DNA of 63,491 nucleotides, filler included, from a bacterium (GTDB lineage Bacteria; UBA9089; CG2-30-40-21; SBAY01), in NCBI GenBank assembly GCA_040757115.1. It is 10 parts of 10 records of this genome, joined end to end, with 100 filler letters (N's around TTAATTAATTAA, not from the genome) between each part and the next. Parts side by side here need not be neighbours in the genome. Positions count along the whole stretch, not along the records: positions 57,402 to 63,491 come from JBFLYA010000222.1; 9 more parts are not named here. One strand, given 5' to 3'. The position numbers were made by a program, and so were the translations under genes. Positions 60,252 through 63,491 of this stretch are shown in pieces. The notes under the pieces are model-generated. The model saw only the letters and a list, made by a program, of their open reading frames with translations. It was not told the origin of the DNA and did not search any database. The first letter of the stretch is position 1, and each line of letters starts with the position of its first letter.

Positions 60252-61019
60252 ATGACAGGAATAATTAAGGACATAACAGAACATTTTGCTTTAGAATTGA
60301 GAGATTGCCTAAAGGAAAAGATTTTGGGAGTCTATCTATTTGGAAGCACTGCTAAAGCTCTGACAACCGAAGAAAGCGATATAGATATATTAGCAGTTTA
60401 TTCTGATATAGACGAGCGGAGATTTTTAGAGATAGCCAGTGAAATTAGTTTCAGGATTAGCTGTGAACAAGGAAGATTTATTGAGGTCATTCCTATGTCA
60501 AAAGAAGAGTTTGAACAATCCTTAGGTCGTTCTCCCTTTCTCTGGGAGGTGCTAAAATTTGGAAAGCCCATTTTTACAACATTATCTGGTACAGAATGGG
60601 AATTAGATTTTAGAGATTACCTCAATTTAGCCCAAGAGTATCTCAATTATGCAAAAGATGCCTTAAATGAAGACAAACTGCGTCTTGCAATTGATAGTGG
60701 ATACAATGCCTGTGAACTTTTGGTCAAGGCATTAATTATAAGTACAAAAAATCCCCTTGCCTCTTCACATGGAGGTATTGTCACCCAATTCGGCAAGCTA
60801 TTTGTCTTATCTAAAAGAGTTCCTGAATTTTTTGGGAAAAATCTTAATCTTGGGTTGGATTTACGAGCTAAGGCACGTTATAAACCTCATGCACAACTTG
60901 AACCAAAAGATGCGGAGTTCATAATCAATCTCGCTCAAGAATTACTAAAGATTGCTCAGAAAGAATTAACCGATTTATCACCTGCAGTCTCAACTATCCA
61001 CCACCAAAATATGGGCTAA
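60252..61019 (+). CDS. Minimal nucleotidyltransferase (MNT)-HEPN fusion
   Basis: LFGSTAK...SDIDIL; YNACELLVKA, SHGG, RAKARY. Confidence 0.85.
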   Translation: MTGIIKDITEHFALELRDCLKEKILGVYLFGSTAKALTTEESDIDILAVYSDIDERRFLEIASEISFRISCEQGRFIEVIPMSKEEFEQSLGRSPFLWEVLKFGKPIFTTLSGTEWELDFRDYLNLAQEYLNYAKDALNEDKLRLAIDSGYNACELLVKALIISTKNPLASSHGGIVTQFGKLFVLSKRVPEFFGKNLNLGLDLRAKARYKPHAQLEPKDAEFIINLAQELLKIAQKELTDLSPAVSTIHHQNMG

Positions 61020-61120
61020 GCTCTGTAGGAATATTTTATCGAGGCAATCTTGATGACTTCGGCCATCTTAAAAATTCAATCCTGAATAATTTTGCCAGGG
61101 CTGCAAAGATGGGAGAATAG
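60988..61120 (+). pseudogene. 3' remnant of a paralog of 58165-59532
   Basis: About 115 bp similar to 59286-59399 (LNYPPPKYGL...). Confidence 0.75.
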
Positions 61121-61196
61121 ATGAAGAGGATGGGATAAATATTGCAAGATTTTGCGAAAAAACTAAACTCCTTTATTCTCTCCGGGTAGCATTCAT

Positions 61197-61443
61197 TTGG
61201 GCGTTAGTTTTCGTAATTCTAAGATAAGTATCTATGGAAATACAAAAGGGACAGAGATAGTAGGAACAGTAAAAGAGGATGTTGTTAATATTCGTTCTGG
61301 ACCTTCTACAGACTATGCAGTTATAGGTAAAATGGAAAGGGGTGAAAAAGTAAATATCTTATCAGAAGAAAAATGGATGGTATGTTATCAAGTATAAGGG
61401 TGATAACGGCTATATATACAGAGAACTTGTGGATAAAGAGTGA
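61197..61443 (+). pseudogene. Bacterial SH3 domain protein, frameshifted in an A5 run
   Basis: VNIRSGPSTDYAVIG...EE then alternate frame NGWYVIKYKGDNGYI. Confidence 0.75.
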
Positions 61444-61547
61444 GTGGATTGCACATTGTCAACTAACTTTATTTGTGTCCTTCAATCGCTCGTGTCATTC
61501 GTGGTCTAAATATAAAAACAGTAAAATTTACAGAATTAACAAGGTGA

Positions 61548-61904
61548 GTGAAAATGAGAAAAGTTAAGAAAATAGGAATTGCGGGATTGGTCTTGGGGTT
61601 GATTTGCTTTTTATCTATAACCGCATACCCTTCTTCCCAGTCCTCTTCCCAACTTGAAAAAGAAGTGAGCATTTTAAAGGAACGAGTGGCGAAATTAGAA
61701 GAGAAGGTGGCAAAATTAGAAAAAGAGAAGAGCCAACTAAAAGACCAGACAAGTAGATTAGAAGAATTAGTCAGATGGCTGGCTCGTGCAACAGTAAGGA
61801 GTGAGAAAGAGATAAAACCTTTCTTAGAAAAAGTAAAAAAGGAAAGTATAGAAATGTGGAAAGTCTTTAAGGAAGAAATGGAAAAAGAAAGGCAAGAGAA
61901 ATAA
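61548..61904 (+). CDS. Secreted coiled-coil hypothetical protein
   Basis: Signal peptide and heptad repeats. Confidence 0.7.
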   Translation: MKMRKVKKIGIAGLVLGLICFLSITAYPSSQSSSQLEKEVSILKERVAKLEEKVAKLEKEKSQLKDQTSRLEELVRWLARATVRSEKEIKPFLEKVKKESIEMWKVFKEEMEKERQEK

Positions 61905-61940
61905 CCATGGCAAAAATAAAAGATAAGGAGGTAAAAAGTT

Positions 61941-62105
61941 ATGTCTTCAATAAAATCAGGGGATAGATGTGCTGATTGTAAACATTGTAAGATTTGGTCT
62001 GTGGACCATAAAAAAGCCACCTGCACATTGTATGATGAACAGGGATTTCATCCTGACAGACCTGTACCCAGGAAATGCGTGGGTAATGTGGGGAGGAAAT
62101 ACTAA
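61941..62105 (+). CDS. 54-aa Cys-rich protein (CxxCxxC), absent from ORF track
   Basis: AAGGAGGT SD; MSSIKSGDRCADCKHCKIW...CTLY...C. Confidence 0.65.
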   Translation: MSSIKSGDRCADCKHCKIWSVDHKKATCTLYDEQGFHPDRPVPRKCVGNVGRKY

Positions 62106-62147
62106 TGACTCAATCATTAATAAATCGTTTTACATACGGAAATATTT

Positions 62148-62283
62148 AAACTGAGTTATCTCCATACCATCAAGCCAGACCTCCCAACTTAACCCAGCCG
62201 CACCTAAAGTGGGTGATTCCCAATCATCCTCAACAAATCTTATGTCATGCTCTAATGGTTTTATCCCTAATGCAGTAAGACTA
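62148..62283 (-). pseudogene. glyQ: Internal fragment of glycyl-tRNA synthetase alpha subunit
   Basis: [34 protein letters not shown]. Confidence 0.85.
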
Positions 62284-62598
62284 TTAAATAAGGATTTGAT
62301 TTTGTGATAAGGAGAATAGTGTGCCCAATTTCTAAAATAAAGGAGATTCTCCATAGGTTTAGGAGGGAGAATTTTTAAGCAATTTAGAGGAAGAAGATGT
62401 TTAAAAAGCAAAAAATGGTTTTAAGGTGGTTACTTGGACTGTTTATTCAGATTCACCGAGAATTTCTGAAGAACCGAATTTTTTGTTGACCAAGGATAAA
62501 ATTTGTGGTAAAATATCCTTACCATGGGCACAAATGGATATAATATCCAAAACACTCAAAAAAGCAATTTCCTATCAGTCAAATTATGGAGGTAAGAA

Positions 62599-63402
62599 AT
62601 GACTTTGATTAAGGATATCATAAAACCCAGGAGTGAAATTTTAGAAGGCAGATTTCAGGGAGTAATCCAGTCCCATAAAGTAGATAGTGAGGAAGCACGC
62701 CTTGAGAACAAGGCAGAAGATTTGTTTAAAGTAACCTATGTATCATCAGCACTTAAGAGGGCATTAGAACGGGTCAATGAGAAGCTTACAGGTACTTCAA
62801 ATCAAGGCGCTGTTTTATTAGTAGGACCCTACGGTGCAGGAAAAACACACGGACTTATAACTTTATACCATCTTTTAAGGGAGCCCCAAATTGCGAAAAG
62901 CTGGTTACGGAATTGGAAGATTGACATTGCCTTACCGCCTTCTACTAATACTTGCATAGTTTCTACAAGAAGATACGATGTAGATTTTCTCTGGGAACCG
63001 ATATTTTCCAAATTAGGCAGGGAAGACATTTTGAGCAAAATCAAACGCTTTCCTACTGTGGATCAGGTCGAAGATATGGTTGGTGATAAAACCTGTGCCA
63101 TTTTTATTGATGAGATAGAGAACTGGTATGGCTCATTTGCTCCTGAGAAACAAGCTGACTTGATTGAAAGAAACGAAACTTTTTTAGAACATCTTTTTGA
63201 AGTTGCTAACGATCCGAATAGGAACCTTCTTGTGTTTTTGACTTTTCTCGAAGAAAAAGAAGGTTTGAAAAAAATCTTCAACCGCACAAAACCAGTAAGG
63301 GTCGATGTAAGCTCGACTTCAGACAGAGAAAAGATTGTTTTGTATCGTCTCTTTGAAGACTCTGATACTCGATGTTCAAGTTTTTTAGTTTTAGGGGCAT
63401 AA
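62599..63402 (+). CDS. DUF499-like P-loop ATPase, probably truncated by an insertion at 63366
   Basis: GPYGAGKTH, IFIDEI; TACTCGATGTTCAAG element end (also at 12874) precedes an abrupt stop. Confidence 0.7.
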   Translation: MTLIKDIIKPRSEILEGRFQGVIQSHKVDSEEARLENKAEDLFKVTYVSSALKRALERVNEKLTGTSNQGAVLLVGPYGAGKTHGLITLYHLLREPQIAKSWLRNWKIDIALPPSTNTCIVSTRRYDVDFLWEPIFSKLGREDILSKIKRFPTVDQVEDMVGDKTCAIFIDEIENWYGSFAPEKQADLIERNETFLEHLFEVANDPNRNLLVFLTFLEEKEGLKKIFNRTKPVRVDVSSTSDREKIVLYRLFEDSDTRCSSFLVLGA

Positions 63403-63491
63403 AGTCCTTATTTTTATTTTAGCTCAAGTGAGACAATATGCTGTTCTCCATTTCAAGAAAGGGGTTGATTCCAAATGTCCCCACTCTCGAT

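Noticed and set aside
59286-61100. DGR template/variable repeat pair next to a bAvd-like four-helix gene
   Set aside because: Mismatches between 59286-59399 and 60988-61100 involve C, T and G as well as A, and no reverse transcriptase is present; a paralog remnant fits better
61369-61373. Phase-variable tract in the SH3 gene
   Set aside because: A5 is too short for typical slippage; an ordinary frameshift or sequencing error is more likely

Overview
Low-GC bacterial draft assembly (MAG-like). The window is ten contigs of about 6.1-6.5 kb, in descending length order, joined by artificial 100-nt N-TTAATTAATTAA-N linkers (6473-6572, 12997-13096, 19516-19615, 26018-26117, 32377-32476, 38621-38720, 44864-44963, 51088-51187, 57302-57401), so synteny across linkers means nothing. 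Housekeeping genes include rpe, pgsA-like, pilB, acpS, nnr, tRNA-Ala(CGC), neuC, gpmI-like, wzz/tyrosine kinase, scpAB, ttcA, gatC, dCMP deaminase, pilT, rplM-rpsI, cobA-hemD and cpaE-like. Accessory content includes a type II RM pair, an MNT-HEPN fusion, a DUF499-like ATPase, a PLP decarboxylase plus B12 radical SAM, tandem lipase/TolB-like pairs and a 1967-aa beta-propeller surface protein. The most striking signal is a dense, nested mobile repeat system. IS66-type (GTAA..., 8-bp TSD), ISKra4-type (CGACCTGTG..., 8-bp TSD) and other TIR shells carry small genes or their remnants (GxxExxY, four-helix bundle, DUF559), and a RAYT remnant sits between REPs. The cargo genes are bracketed by inverted 7-10-nt tandem repeats. 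The empty repeat shells proliferate, supply stop codons and Shine-Dalgarno sites, sit inside a group II intron-like RNA, and appear in-frame inside the surface protein. Also notable is a DeoR regulator with a ParB/Srx-like domain inserted in its sensor domain, next to tandem candidate operators and divergent promoters. All family assignments come from motif recognition only; no database searches were run.
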